Of a stretch of 56,560 nt of DNA, positions 46,474 to 54,892 are shown piece after piece. The position numbers were made by a program, and so were the translations under genes. The notes below the pieces were generated by a model that was given only the letters and a program-made list of their open reading frames with translations, made no database searches and was not told the DNA's origin. The DNA lies in IMG/VR virus record IMGVR_UViG_3300020179_000002, positions 1 through 56,560 of that record; one strand, given 5' to 3'. The stretch comes from a virus (Duplodnaviria; Caudoviricetes). Numbering within the stretch: position 1 is the first letter of the stretch; each line of letters begins with the position of its first letter.

Positions 46474-46931
46474 GCGCGGAAAAGAACCTCTGGGGCTGGC
46501 TCGACCTGCGCCTCGGGGGTCATTGGTTCGCCCAACGAGTCGAGAACGAGGTTGGGCGCGACACCCCGGACGTCTGGTTCGCGCTGTACAAGCTCCGCGC
46601 GGTCTCGGGCTGGATCGAACTCAAGGTCCTCACCGACCTGCCCAAGCGCCCCGGCACCCCTCTCCGGCTCCCAAAGTGGACCTCCGGGCAGCGCAACTGG
46701 GCGGTGTCCGCGCACCGGCACGGTGCTTGGTGCTTCCTGGGGCTGCAGGTGCTCGAACGCCAGGAATTCTTCCTGATCCCCGGGCATGAGGCGGCACGAC
46801 TGGTCGAAATGCAGGTGCCGTACGAGGAGACGCTGCACAAACTCCGCGTCCGAGGGCTGTGCATAGACCAAAAAACTTCACGTGAAACACAAACCCAACA
46901 CCTAATTGACACGCTGCACCAGCCGTGGTAA
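46470..46931 (+). CDS. PD-(D/E)xK nuclease (VRR-NUC / Holliday junction resolvase-like)
   Basis: AEKNLW...RVEN...TPDV...WIELK...QRNW; GTGA overlap. Confidence 0.8.
   Translation: MSAEKNLWGWLDLRLGGHWFAQRVENEVGRDTPDVWFALYKLRAVSGWIELKVLTDLPKRPGTPLRLPKWTSGQRNWAVSAHRHGAWCFLGLQVLERQEFFLIPGHEAARLVEMQVPYEETLHKLRVRGLCIDQKTSRETQTQHLIDTLHQPW
46874..46889. other. parS-like site 1
   Basis: AACTTCACGTGAAACA, 13/16 to TGTTTCACGTGAAACA. Confidence 0.4.
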
Positions 46932-46934
46932 GAT
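46906..46934 (+). promoter_or_regulatory. Sigma70 promoter
   Basis: TTGACA-N17-TAAGAT with TG extension. Confidence 0.7.
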
Positions 46935-46942
46935 TCGTGGAT

Positions 46943-47021
46943 CTGCCCTCCCCGGGCGGTGTGTAGCACCCTCGCTACACTGGCCGAGATAAGTCTCGCG
47001 CCGTCTTGGCAGCAGCCGAGA
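46943..47021 (+). ncRNA. Candidate four-hairpin small RNA C
   Basis: Four back-to-back stems starting just after the promoter; loops TCCCC, ACCCTC, TAAG and AGCA. Confidence 0.45.
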
Positions 47022-47023
47022 AG

Positions 47024-47277
47024 TGTTCCATCGTTCCACCATAATGGAACACAGATGGAACGGCCAAAAGCCCCGTACGACGGACCAGAGAGCCAAGTGT
47101 TCCATTGTTCCATGCATATATACGTATATATTTTTGGTTCGAAAACCTGAATATGGGGGGATATGAGATGGAACGGTGGAACAGAAGAGGGTACTTGAAG
47201 AGAAGCCCCGAGGGACGGGGCCTTTGGACCAGTGGGGTTGTTCCATTGCTGTTCCATTGTGGTGGAACGATGGAACG
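47024..47277. repeat. Nested palindromic element 2 (inverted homologue of element 1)
   Basis: The same 12-hexamer architecture; core and spacers match the reverse complement of 25938-26189. Confidence 0.85.
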
Positions 47278-47444
47278 GATATGACCACACCCGTACTACA
47301 CCTGCAGACTTCCAGACGACAAGGTATCGTCATCCACCACGCAGGGCTACACCTCGGTATCGCACGTAAACGCGTAAAAGGTGAGTTCGAAACATTTGAC
47401 GGAACAGTTGCGGAACGTGTTGCTTTTATGGTACACTTCGCGTC

Positions 47445-48140
47445 ATGGCTGGAGTGAAAATCGAACCTTTGCCGGTGGTGGACGTCGACGCGGTGGGTGA
47501 AGAAACACTGCGGGAATACGGACGCCGCGCGGGGATAACGTACGCGATGCTTTACGAAATGGTGAAGCAAGACCGTGTTCGTTTTAAGGAGCGTGGAGTC
47601 GAGGATGATCCTGAATCGCTAAAATTCTGCGTCCCAGGTGTTGAGGGCGTGGGGCGGCTTCGCCGTTATGAGCGTACCAAAGCCTATCGCATGTTGCAGA
47701 TCCTGGCCGAGTTCAGGGATGGACCCGCAAACGAGAAATTTTCTTTAAGACACGCGTACACGGCGGCTGATGTCAGTCGTGGTGCGATGACGACGTGGAG
47801 GGCTGAACATCCGACCTTCGATCGTCTGATGGAAGACATCCAACTCGAAATGGTCGACACGATGAAAGCCGAAGCTTACCGTCGCTCAGTAATCGGACAT
47901 GACGAACCGTTGGTGCATCAAGGTGTAAAGACTGGTGAAACGATTAAGAAGTTCTCCGACTCCTTGCTGCAGTTCACGCTGATGGGGTACGACGCGAAAT
48001 TCCGAGCCAAAGACGTTAACGTTGCGGTATCGGGCTCACTTAACCAGAATGTAAACATTGAGGGACTCCGTGATCGACTTGCCCAGCGATTACAGGCGGT
48101 CGCCAAGTCAAAGGTACAAGGCGAAGAAAACGCCGATTGA
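47445..48140 (+). CDS. terS: Terminase small subunit
   Basis: HTH-like segment, EAYRRSVIG...KKFSDSLLQF motif; directly upstream of terL. Confidence 0.75.
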   Translation: MAGVKIEPLPVVDVDAVGEETLREYGRRAGITYAMLYEMVKQDRVRFKERGVEDDPESLKFCVPGVEGVGRLRRYERTKAYRMLQILAEFRDGPANEKFSLRHAYTAADVSRGAMTTWRAEHPTFDRLMEDIQLEMVDTMKAEAYRRSVIGHDEPLVHQGVKTGETIKKFSDSLLQFTLMGYDAKFRAKDVNVAVSGSLNQNVNIEGLRDRLAQRLQAVAKSKVQGEENAD

Positions 48141-49512
48141 TCCGCACAATTTCTCGGAGTTCGTTTCCGAGATGAACGATCAAGAGGTGGTGGAGCTTTA
48201 TTACGACTGGCCGACCTGGGCTCGACCCAATCAAGTAGTCCCTCCTGGCGAGGATTGGACGATCTGGCTCATTCTTGCCGGTCGTGGGTGGGGAAAGACT
48301 CGGTGTGGCGGTGAATTCGTACGGTTCCACGTGGAACAAAAGCTCGCTTCACGCGTCGCGCTGATCGCTGAAGACGCGGGGGACGCCCGGGACGTGATGA
48401 TTGAGGGTGAGTCCGGGCTGCTGGCCATTTCGCACCCCTCTAACCGCCCGAATTGGGTGCCGTCCAAGCGCCGACTTGAGTGGCCCAACGGGGCGATCGC
48501 GACCATTTACTCGGACAACGATCCCGAGACGCTTCGCGGTCCGCAGCACGACCTGTTCTGGGTCGACGAACTCGCCAAGTTTCGCAACGCAAAAGAAATG
48601 TGGTCGAACCTGATGTTCGGCCTGCGTCTCGGCCAACGTCCGCGCGGTGTCGTCACCACGACGCCCAAGCCGATTCCGATCGTGCGGGAGCTGCTCGAAA
48701 ACCCGCGCGTATTCGTCACTTCAGGGACCACGCATGAGAATTTCGGAAACCTCGCCCCTACCTTTCGTGATGAAATCATCGCCCAGTACGAGGGAACTCG
48801 ACTCGGACGTCAGGAGCTTTACGCCGAGGTTATCGACCCGGAAGATTACGGAATCGTCAAGCGCGAGTGGTTCAAGCTTTGGGACTCCGATCGGCCATTC
48901 CCCGATTTCATGTATATTGTGCAGTCCTACGATTGTGCTTACACCGAAAAAACTATCAATGACCCGACCGCATGTTCTGTCTGGGGAGTGTTCAGGCCGA
49001 GCGAAGATTCACCTTTATGCGTGATGCTCATCGACTGCTGGGAGGAGTTTCTCGCCTACCCCGATCTGCGCCCTCGGGTGGTGAACGAGTACAAAGAGTC
49101 CGTGTACGGCGAACCCGGTAAAAAGACCGATTTGGTGCTGGTCGAGGAGAAAGCCTCAGGCATTTCGATCCTCCAGGACCTGCGCTACGCCGGGGTGCCT
49201 TGCCGTGGCTACAATCCGGGCAGAGCGGACAAGGTCCAGCGGCTGCACATTGTGGCGAACATCATCGCTTGTGGCCGAGTCTACATCCCCGAATCGGTCG
49301 TGCACCGGGGGCAGCCGCGTGACTGGGCGGAAAAGCTCGTCTCCCAGATCTGCTCTTTCCCCGAGGCCGAGCGCGACGATTTGACCGACACCACCACGCA
49401 AGTGCTCCGGCTGTTGAAGGACATGGATTTCTTGCGCATCGACCCGGCCGAAGTCGCGCCGGATTACTACGACGACGAGCGTCCACGCAGGGTGAACCCT
49501 TATGCCCAATGA
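48058..49512 (+). CDS. terL: Terminase large subunit
   Basis: AGRGWGKT, LRGPQ, WVDE, TTTP, QSYD and DDLTD motifs; start uncertain (first ATG at 48172). Confidence 0.93.
   Translation: MRDSVIDLPSDYRRSPSQRYKAKKTPIDPHNFSEFVSEMNDQEVVELYYDWPTWARPNQVVPPGEDWTIWLILAGRGWGKTRCGGEFVRFHVEQKLASRVALIAEDAGDARDVMIEGESGLLAISHPSNRPNWVPSKRRLEWPNGAIATIYSDNDPETLRGPQHDLFWVDELAKFRNAKEMWSNLMFGLRLGQRPRGVVTTTPKPIPIVRELLENPRVFVTSGTTHENFGNLAPTFRDEIIAQYEGTRLGRQELYAEVIDPEDYGIVKREWFKLWDSDRPFPDFMYIVQSYDCAYTEKTINDPTACSVWGVFRPSEDSPLCVMLIDCWEEFLAYPDLRPRVVNEYKESVYGEPGKKTDLVLVEEKASGISILQDLRYAGVPCRGYNPGRADKVQRLHIVANIIACGRVYIPESVVHRGQPRDWAEKLVSQICSFPEAERDDLTDTTTQVLRLLKDMDFLRIDPAEVAPDYYDDERPRRVNPYAQ
48323..48338. other. parS-like site 2
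   Basis: GGTTCCACGTGGAACA, 15/16 to TGTTCCACGTGGAACA. Confidence 0.55.
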
Positions 49513-51550
49513 TCTTCTTAAAACAGTTGGCGACTACCTCAACCCCGAGGACCTGCTCACCCTGGCCGGGCCGCTGGCCGGGTTCAAGCCCACGGCCGGG
49601 ATCACCGCCGCGTTGTACGCACCGAGCCTGAACGAAAACGAGGCCGAGGAGTTGGACAAGCTCCGCGCGATGCGCCCTCCCGCCGCTGCTCCACGTGAAA
49701 CAGCACAGAGTCCTGAAATGCGCGATTTCGTGAATAGGCTTCGGTACGAGCAATTCGTGGGAGACCTGCGCAAGCAGTACGGACAGCACGCCGATCTCAT
49801 GTTACAAGGAATCATCAAGCAGGGGTTGCAGGACGAGGCGCAACAGGCCCGGATGACCGGTCCACGCGCCAAGCCCCCCGCCCCTCCCGCTGCACGGCAC
49901 GAGGCGACCGTACCCGAAGGGCGGTTCCGCAGGTACGCCGAGGGCGGCATGATCGAGCACATGACGCCGGATTTCTCCGACGGTGGTCGAATGATTTACT
50001 CCGACTCGCTCGATTCCTACTCTGGGGGTGGTGGCGTCAAGGGGAAGACCGTGCAGCAGATGGCGGACGAACTAGTTACTAAAGGCATCAAGGTGGGCGT
50101 TGCGCCTCCGAGAAGGGGTACCGCTGCACCGATAGTACAAGCTCCGAAGCTTCCGATGTCCGCGCAGGAGATGCAAGCGATTCGGGAAGGATCTGTCCGT
50201 AATCTAAAATCCCTCGGGGAGTCGGTAGATCGAGAAGTGCGCAAAGTGCGTCGTATGGATGAACTTGGCAAACCCGGAGCCAGTGCAGGTACAATTCCTG
50301 CTCCACAGAACGCCAACGTTACAGGGTGGCACATAACCTCCGATTTTCCAGGAATTCTGAAAACCGGGGCGATGACTAATCGAGACGTAGGGGTGAATAA
50401 CCTTCAAGGCCACCCACCGGCACATGTTGGTGGAGCGTATTTCTATTCTGACCCACGGTTGGCGTTGAACAAACGTGACGAGCTATTGGAAATGGTCGAC
50501 TACGACCCGGATTACGCCGCAGAGATTCCGATCTTGCGAGCACAGTTGAGACAAGGAAATCGTTTGGTCTCCGATGAGGATGTAGGATTAAATATCCCTT
50601 GGCAGAGGTCATTCGAGGAGGGTAGCTTCGCGACAACGCGACCGGTTTTGTTAAATCAGATCGACCGAATTTACGCTGAAAACCCCGATGTGATCAAAGA
50701 TATCATTCGAGACACTGTGGTGCGGCAGCGGCGCTACAGAGACGGGGGGTCAGTCCAGGGATTGTCGAAAGGTGGTGACGCGAAAAAGACCGTACAGCAG
50801 ATGGCGGACGAGTTGCTCACCAAAGGCCTGAAGACCCCGGACCTGTCCAGGCGTGGCTTTATGCGACTGCCCGATCTTGGTGGCCCCAAGGAGTCGAAGC
50901 TCCCGATACCCGCCAAAGACATGGAGCGTTACCAGACCGAGAAGACCACGGTGAACCCCCTGTCAGGTTCGGTGGAGAAGGTGGTCGAAAAGGTCGCACA
51001 AACGCCGATGTCCAGGCGTCAGGTGCTACAGGGTGCACTCGCCCAAGCCGCGCAAAGGGTGATGCCCTCCGTGGCCATGCAGCCCGTGAAGGATATGGCA
51101 CAATCGGTAGCACAAGAGGTCGCGCAGACTGTGGCTCCGAAGGCCTCGCCCACTATGGGTGGTCTGGTCGCTGAGGCTCTAAGGATGGGTCTTGACGAGA
51201 ATCAAGCCGTAGAATTCGTACATTCGATGTTACCGGGATCGACAAAGAAGATGGTCGCGGATCATCTTGATTACATGTACCCAGTGATGAAAGATCCGTT
51301 TGATGTGCTGAGTCACGAGGTGGAATACGCTTTGGAGTCTGCCGACGACGTGGATCTCGCGTTTGATGCCGGTAAGCCCGTGTTGGGTTCGCCTGTTAAA
51401 ATTCTAGGCGACATGATCTCGCCCAGCGTAAGCCACAAGGGAATGAATCTTCGGCCGACATTGCGCGGTATACGTCAGGCGAACCCAGAAAAGTACGACG
51501 AGATTATGCAAGCGGTTAGAGACGCGGCTGAATATTTGTACGAGCCCTAA
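49502..51550 (+). CDS. Modular polyprotein: ART-like domain plus a twin-arginine repeat module
   Basis: 682 aa between terL and portal; five GG motifs; WHITS...GAYFYS domain; C-terminal module homologous to those in 38214-40862. Confidence 0.75.
   Translation: MPNDLLKTVGDYLNPEDLLTLAGPLAGFKPTAGITAALYAPSLNENEAEELDKLRAMRPPAAAPRETAQSPEMRDFVNRLRYEQFVGDLRKQYGQHADLMLQGIIKQGLQDEAQQARMTGPRAKPPAPPAARHEATVPEGRFRRYAEGGMIEHMTPDFSDGGRMIYSDSLDSYSGGGGVKGKTVQQMADELVTKGIKVGVAPPRRGTAAPIVQAPKLPMSAQEMQAIREGSVRNLKSLGESVDREVRKVRRMDELGKPGASAGTIPAPQNANVTGWHITSDFPGILKTGAMTNRDVGVNNLQGHPPAHVGGAYFYSDPRLALNKRDELLEMVDYDPDYAAEIPILRAQLRQGNRLVSDEDVGLNIPWQRSFEEGSFATTRPVLLNQIDRIYAENPDVIKDIIRDTVVRQRRYRDGGSVQGLSKGGDAKKTVQQMADELLTKGLKTPDLSRRGFMRLPDLGGPKESKLPIPAKDMERYQTEKTTVNPLSGSVEKVVEKVAQTPMSRRQVLQGALAQAAQRVMPSVAMQPVKDMAQSVAQEVAQTVAPKASPTMGGLVAEALRMGLDENQAVEFVHSMLPGSTKKMVADHLDYMYPVMKDPFDVLSHEVEYALESADDVDLAFDAGKPVLGSPVKILGDMISPSVSHKGMNLRPTLRGIRQANPEKYDEIMQAVRDAAEYLYEP
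49687..49702. other. parS-like site 3
   Basis: TGCTCCACGTGAAACA, 15/16 to TGTTCCACGTGAAACA. Confidence 0.55.
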
Positions 51551-51575
51551 TCCACGTTACGAATGAAAGCATCCT

Positions 51576-54116
51576 ATGGCCACTAGCACTTTCCCTCAAC
51601 AGCAGCAGCCAGCGATGACTCCGGGACCGGAGGACACCGAAGGCCTGATGGTCGACTTGGACGACGAATTCGCGGAGATCGAAGAGCAGCCCGATGGCTC
51701 GGCGATCGTCCGGATGCGGGAGTTCGCGGGTCCCAAAGAAGACCCGGATTTCTACGAAAATCTGGCGGAGTCGGTACCGTCGTGGGAACTGTCGAAGCTC
51801 GCGCTGAAAATGATCGACCTAATCAAAGCGGATAAAGAAGCGCGGAAGGAACGCGACAAGCAGTACGAAGAGGGGATTCGACGCACGGGGTTAGGGAAAG
51901 ACGCTCCGGGCGGTGCGAATTTCGAGGGTGCGTCCAAAGTCGTGCACCCGGTGATGGCCGAAGCCTGCGTGGATTTTGAATCCCGAGCGATCAAAGAGCT
52001 TTTCCCGCCGGACGGTCCCGTACGGACGAATGTGGTGGGGGACGTCACCGAGGAGCAAAAGAATCGGGCCGAGCGCAAGCGCGACTTCATGAACTGGCAG
52101 CTTACGAACCAGATCGTCGAATTCCGCGACGAGCAAGAGCAAATGCTCACGCAGCTGCCGCTCGGTGGCTCCCAGTTTCTGAAGCTGTGGTACGACCCGC
52201 AAAAGAAACGCCCCTGTGCCGAGTTTGTCCCGATCGATAACCTGATTATCCCCTACGCGGCGGGGAGCTTCTACACCGCGAACCGCTGCGCCGAGATGCA
52301 GGACATCACCGAACAGATGTTCAACGAGCGGATCGAGGCGGGGCTTTATCGCGACATTTCGGTCACGCGGGTTGCCGAGGAGCCGGAGCTTACTGGACCC
52401 GAAAAGGCGAATCAAAAGGTCGAAGGCAAAACCTGGACCGACGACGAGGACGGGCTCCGGCGTGTGTACCACGTGATGGTGAACATGTCCTGCGAGTGGG
52501 ACTCGTTTTGCGAAGGCGAAATCGCCCCTTACATCTTGATGATCGACGAGCAGACGACCGACGTGGTCGGCTGGTACCGGAATTGGGAAGAAGGGGACGA
52601 CACGCGGACGAAGCTCGACTGGATCATCGAGTTCAAATTCATCCCCTGGCGTGGGGCGCTGGCAATCGGGTTTCCACACTTGATCGGCGGGATGTCGGCC
52701 GCACTTACTGGAGCGCTCCGGGCGCTGCTCGATACCGCGCACATCAACAACGCGGCGACGATGCTCAAGCTTAAAGGCGCGAAGATTTCGGGCCAGAGCC
52801 AAAACGTCGACGTGACCCAGGTCACCGAGATCGAAGGTGCACCAGGGGTGGACGACATTCGAAAGATCGCAATGCCGATGCCTTTCAACCCGCCCTCCGA
52901 GGTGCTGTTCAAGCTGATGGGGTGGCTGACCGAGGCCGCGAAAGGCGTGGTGACCACGAGCGAGGAAAAGATCGCCGATATCGCCTCCACCGCTCCAGTC
53001 GGCACCACCCAGGCGCTAATCGAGCAGGGTGCGGTGGTGTTCAGCGCGATCCACGCCCGGTTGCACGAGTCCCAAAAGCGGGTGCTGATGGTGTTGCAGC
53101 GCATCAACCGCTGGTACCTCGACGAAATGGTGATGCACGACGTTCCGGCGGAACTCGAGGTTAAACGCGAGGATTTTAATCGGAATTCGGACGTGATCCC
53201 GGTGTCGGATCCGCATATCTTCTCCGAAACGCAACGCATGGCGCAGAACCAAGCGGTGCTGGCGCTGATGGACAAGAATCCGGACCTTTTCGATCGACGC
53301 GCGGTGGTCCACCGGGTGTTGAAACAGATGAAGGTACCGAACATCACAGAAATCATGCCTGCCGTGGCCGAGCCGATGGAGATTAATGCGGCAGAAGAAA
53401 ACGGAGCAATGTCGATCGGACGAGCGGCGTTCGCGTATCCGCACCAAAACCATCTGGCGCATATCCAAGCGCACCTGGATTTCGCGATGAACCCGATGTT
53501 GGGTGCGAACCCGATGATCGCCCCGACCTTCATGCCGATGCTGGTGGAGCACATTAAGCAACACGTGATCCTCTGGTACCTAGGTCATATGAATGGGTAT
53601 GTCGAGAAAGCGCTTGGTAAAAAGCCCACCGATTATGACGTCGCCGGGATTACAGGCGAGGTGGACAAGCTTTACGCGTTAGCCTCACAGCACGTGATGA
53701 TGGACAGCAAAGAGGCCTTTGCAAAAGTCATGCCCGTTATCCAGCAGATTCAGCAGGTGTTGCAGCAGTTGAAACCGAAGCCCCCAATGGACGGCGGGGA
53801 CCAAGTGATTCTCGAGACCTCGATGGCCGAAACCAAGCGTCGCGCCGAGGAGGATAAAGCGCGACTGATGCTCGATGCCGAGACCGAGAAGGGTCGCCTT
53901 GCGTTTGACGCCGAGAAGCTCCGTTTGGACGCGCTGGCCAAGAATCGCCAGCAGCAAATCGATATTGCGCTCAACGCCAACGATAATTTGACCGAAGAGC
54001 GAATCAAGTCCGCAGAACTTACGCAAGATGCGCAAAGGCTGCAAACCGAGCAGCTCGAAACTGCTCTCACCGCGCAGGAAAGCGCACAACGTTCACTAGG
54101 AGGCACTAATGGCTAA
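51576..54116 (+). CDS. Portal protein (P22-like, long C-terminal coiled coil)
   Basis: 846 aa; FEGASKVVHPVMAEA, ELFPPDGPV, APVGTTQAL and IPVSDP motifs; follows the terminase. Confidence 0.88.
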   Translation: MATSTFPQQQQPAMTPGPEDTEGLMVDLDDEFAEIEEQPDGSAIVRMREFAGPKEDPDFYENLAESVPSWELSKLALKMIDLIKADKEARKERDKQYEEGIRRTGLGKDAPGGANFEGASKVVHPVMAEACVDFESRAIKELFPPDGPVRTNVVGDVTEEQKNRAERKRDFMNWQLTNQIVEFRDEQEQMLTQLPLGGSQFLKLWYDPQKKRPCAEFVPIDNLIIPYAAGSFYTANRCAEMQDITEQMFNERIEAGLYRDISVTRVAEEPELTGPEKANQKVEGKTWTDDEDGLRRVYHVMVNMSCEWDSFCEGEIAPYILMIDEQTTDVVGWYRNWEEGDDTRTKLDWIIEFKFIPWRGALAIGFPHLIGGMSAALTGALRALLDTAHINNAATMLKLKGAKISGQSQNVDVTQVTEIEGAPGVDDIRKIAMPMPFNPPSEVLFKLMGWLTEAAKGVVTTSEEKIADIASTAPVGTTQALIEQGAVVFSAIHARLHESQKRVLMVLQRINRWYLDEMVMHDVPAELEVKREDFNRNSDVIPVSDPHIFSETQRMAQNQAVLALMDKNPDLFDRRAVVHRVLKQMKVPNITEIMPAVAEPMEINAAEENGAMSIGRAAFAYPHQNHLAHIQAHLDFAMNPMLGANPMIAPTFMPMLVEHIKQHVILWYLGHMNGYVEKALGKKPTDYDVAGITGEVDKLYALASQHVMMDSKEAFAKVMPVIQQIQQVLQQLKPKPPMDGGDQVILETSMAETKRRAEEDKARLMLDAETEKGRLAFDAEKLRLDALAKNRQQQIDIALNANDNLTEERIKSAELTQDAQRLQTEQLETALTAQESAQRSLGGTNG

Positions 54117-54279
54117 TACTTCGTACGAAATCAACGCGTCGAAAACGAATCTGCCGTACCACAAGCGGATCGCGATGGGCGAAAAGCTCGACGGTTCGTC
54201 TCTTCAATCGAAGGGTAGCACCGAGGCCCCCGTCAAAAAGTCGACGGGCGGTGCACTGTCTTCGATGAAAAAGAAGTAG
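54109..54279 (+). CDS. Hypothetical basic protein (56 aa, absent from the ORF track)
   Basis: AGGAGG RBS; MANTSYEINASK...KSTGGALSSMKKK. Confidence 0.65.
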   Translation: MANTSYEINASKTNLPYHKRIAMGEKLDGSSLQSKGSTEAPVKKSTGGALSSMKKK

Positions 54280-54282
54280 AGC

Positions 54283-54468
54283 ATGCGTTACGTCTCGGAC
54301 TTCGTCGAGGCTCTGAAGTACGAGCAGCAACGCTTGCGCGATGCAATGGCCGCAGGATCTCCTGCGACTTTTGAGGCCTACCAACGCCTAGTTGGGGAAA
54401 ATCAAGGGCTTGAAAAAGCTCTGGATATCTTAAATAATCTTTTAATGGAAGAGGAATCAGATGACTGA
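54283..54468 (+). CDS. Hypothetical protein
   Basis: 61 aa; YQRLVGENQGL, typical of the gene between portal and GroES. Confidence 0.7.
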   Translation: MRYVSDFVEALKYEQQRLRDAMAAGSPATFEAYQRLVGENQGLEKALDILNNLLMEEESDD

Positions 54469-54892
54469 TATACCGGAGGCTTCGAATGAAGCCGCTTTGC
54501 GGGAAGCATTTCCTGCTGTTGATCCCGGTGCTGTACCCGTAGGTGGTCGTATTTTGGTTCAATGGCGTCAAACCCGCAAGACCGTGACCTCTGCTGGGCT
54601 ACTTATCGTGGAAGAAACGAAAGAGACCGAGAAATGGAACAATCAAGTCGCGAAGGTGATAGCGATTGGACCGCTGGCATTTCGGAAGCGCGACACACTC
54701 GAACCCTGGCCAGAAGGCAATTGGGTGGAGGTGGGCGACTTCGTTAGAATGCCCAAATGGGGTGGTGACCGGTGGGAAGTCGTGTACGGCGACCCGAAGC
54801 TCGGTGAAACCGCGCTGTTCTCGATATTTAACGACCACGAAGTGATCTCCAAGGTCACGAGTGACCCCTTGAAAGTGAGGGCCTTCCTATGA
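54461..54892 (+). CDS. groES: GroES-like co-chaperonin
   Basis: PVGGRILV...TSAGLLI...KVIAIGP...VEVGDFV...NDHEVI. Confidence 0.8.
   Translation: MTDIPEASNEAALREAFPAVDPGAVPVGGRILVQWRQTRKTVTSAGLLIVEETKETEKWNNQVAKVIAIGPLAFRKRDTLEPWPEGNWVEVGDFVRMPKWGGDRWEVVYGDPKLGETALFSIFNDHEVISKVTSDPLKVRAFL

Noticed and set aside
46520-47457. ORFs 46520-47290 (-), 46959-47150 (+) and 47176-47457 (+)
   Set aside because: They overlap palindrome 2 and the hairpins; their similarity to the 25.9-kb ORFs reflects the DNA repeat. A short ORF from 47281 cannot be excluded
51891-53564. Long minus-strand ORFs opposite the portal gene (also opposite the polymerase and nozzle genes)
   Set aside because: Antisense shadows of GC3-rich genes, with no minus-strand promoters or motifs noticed
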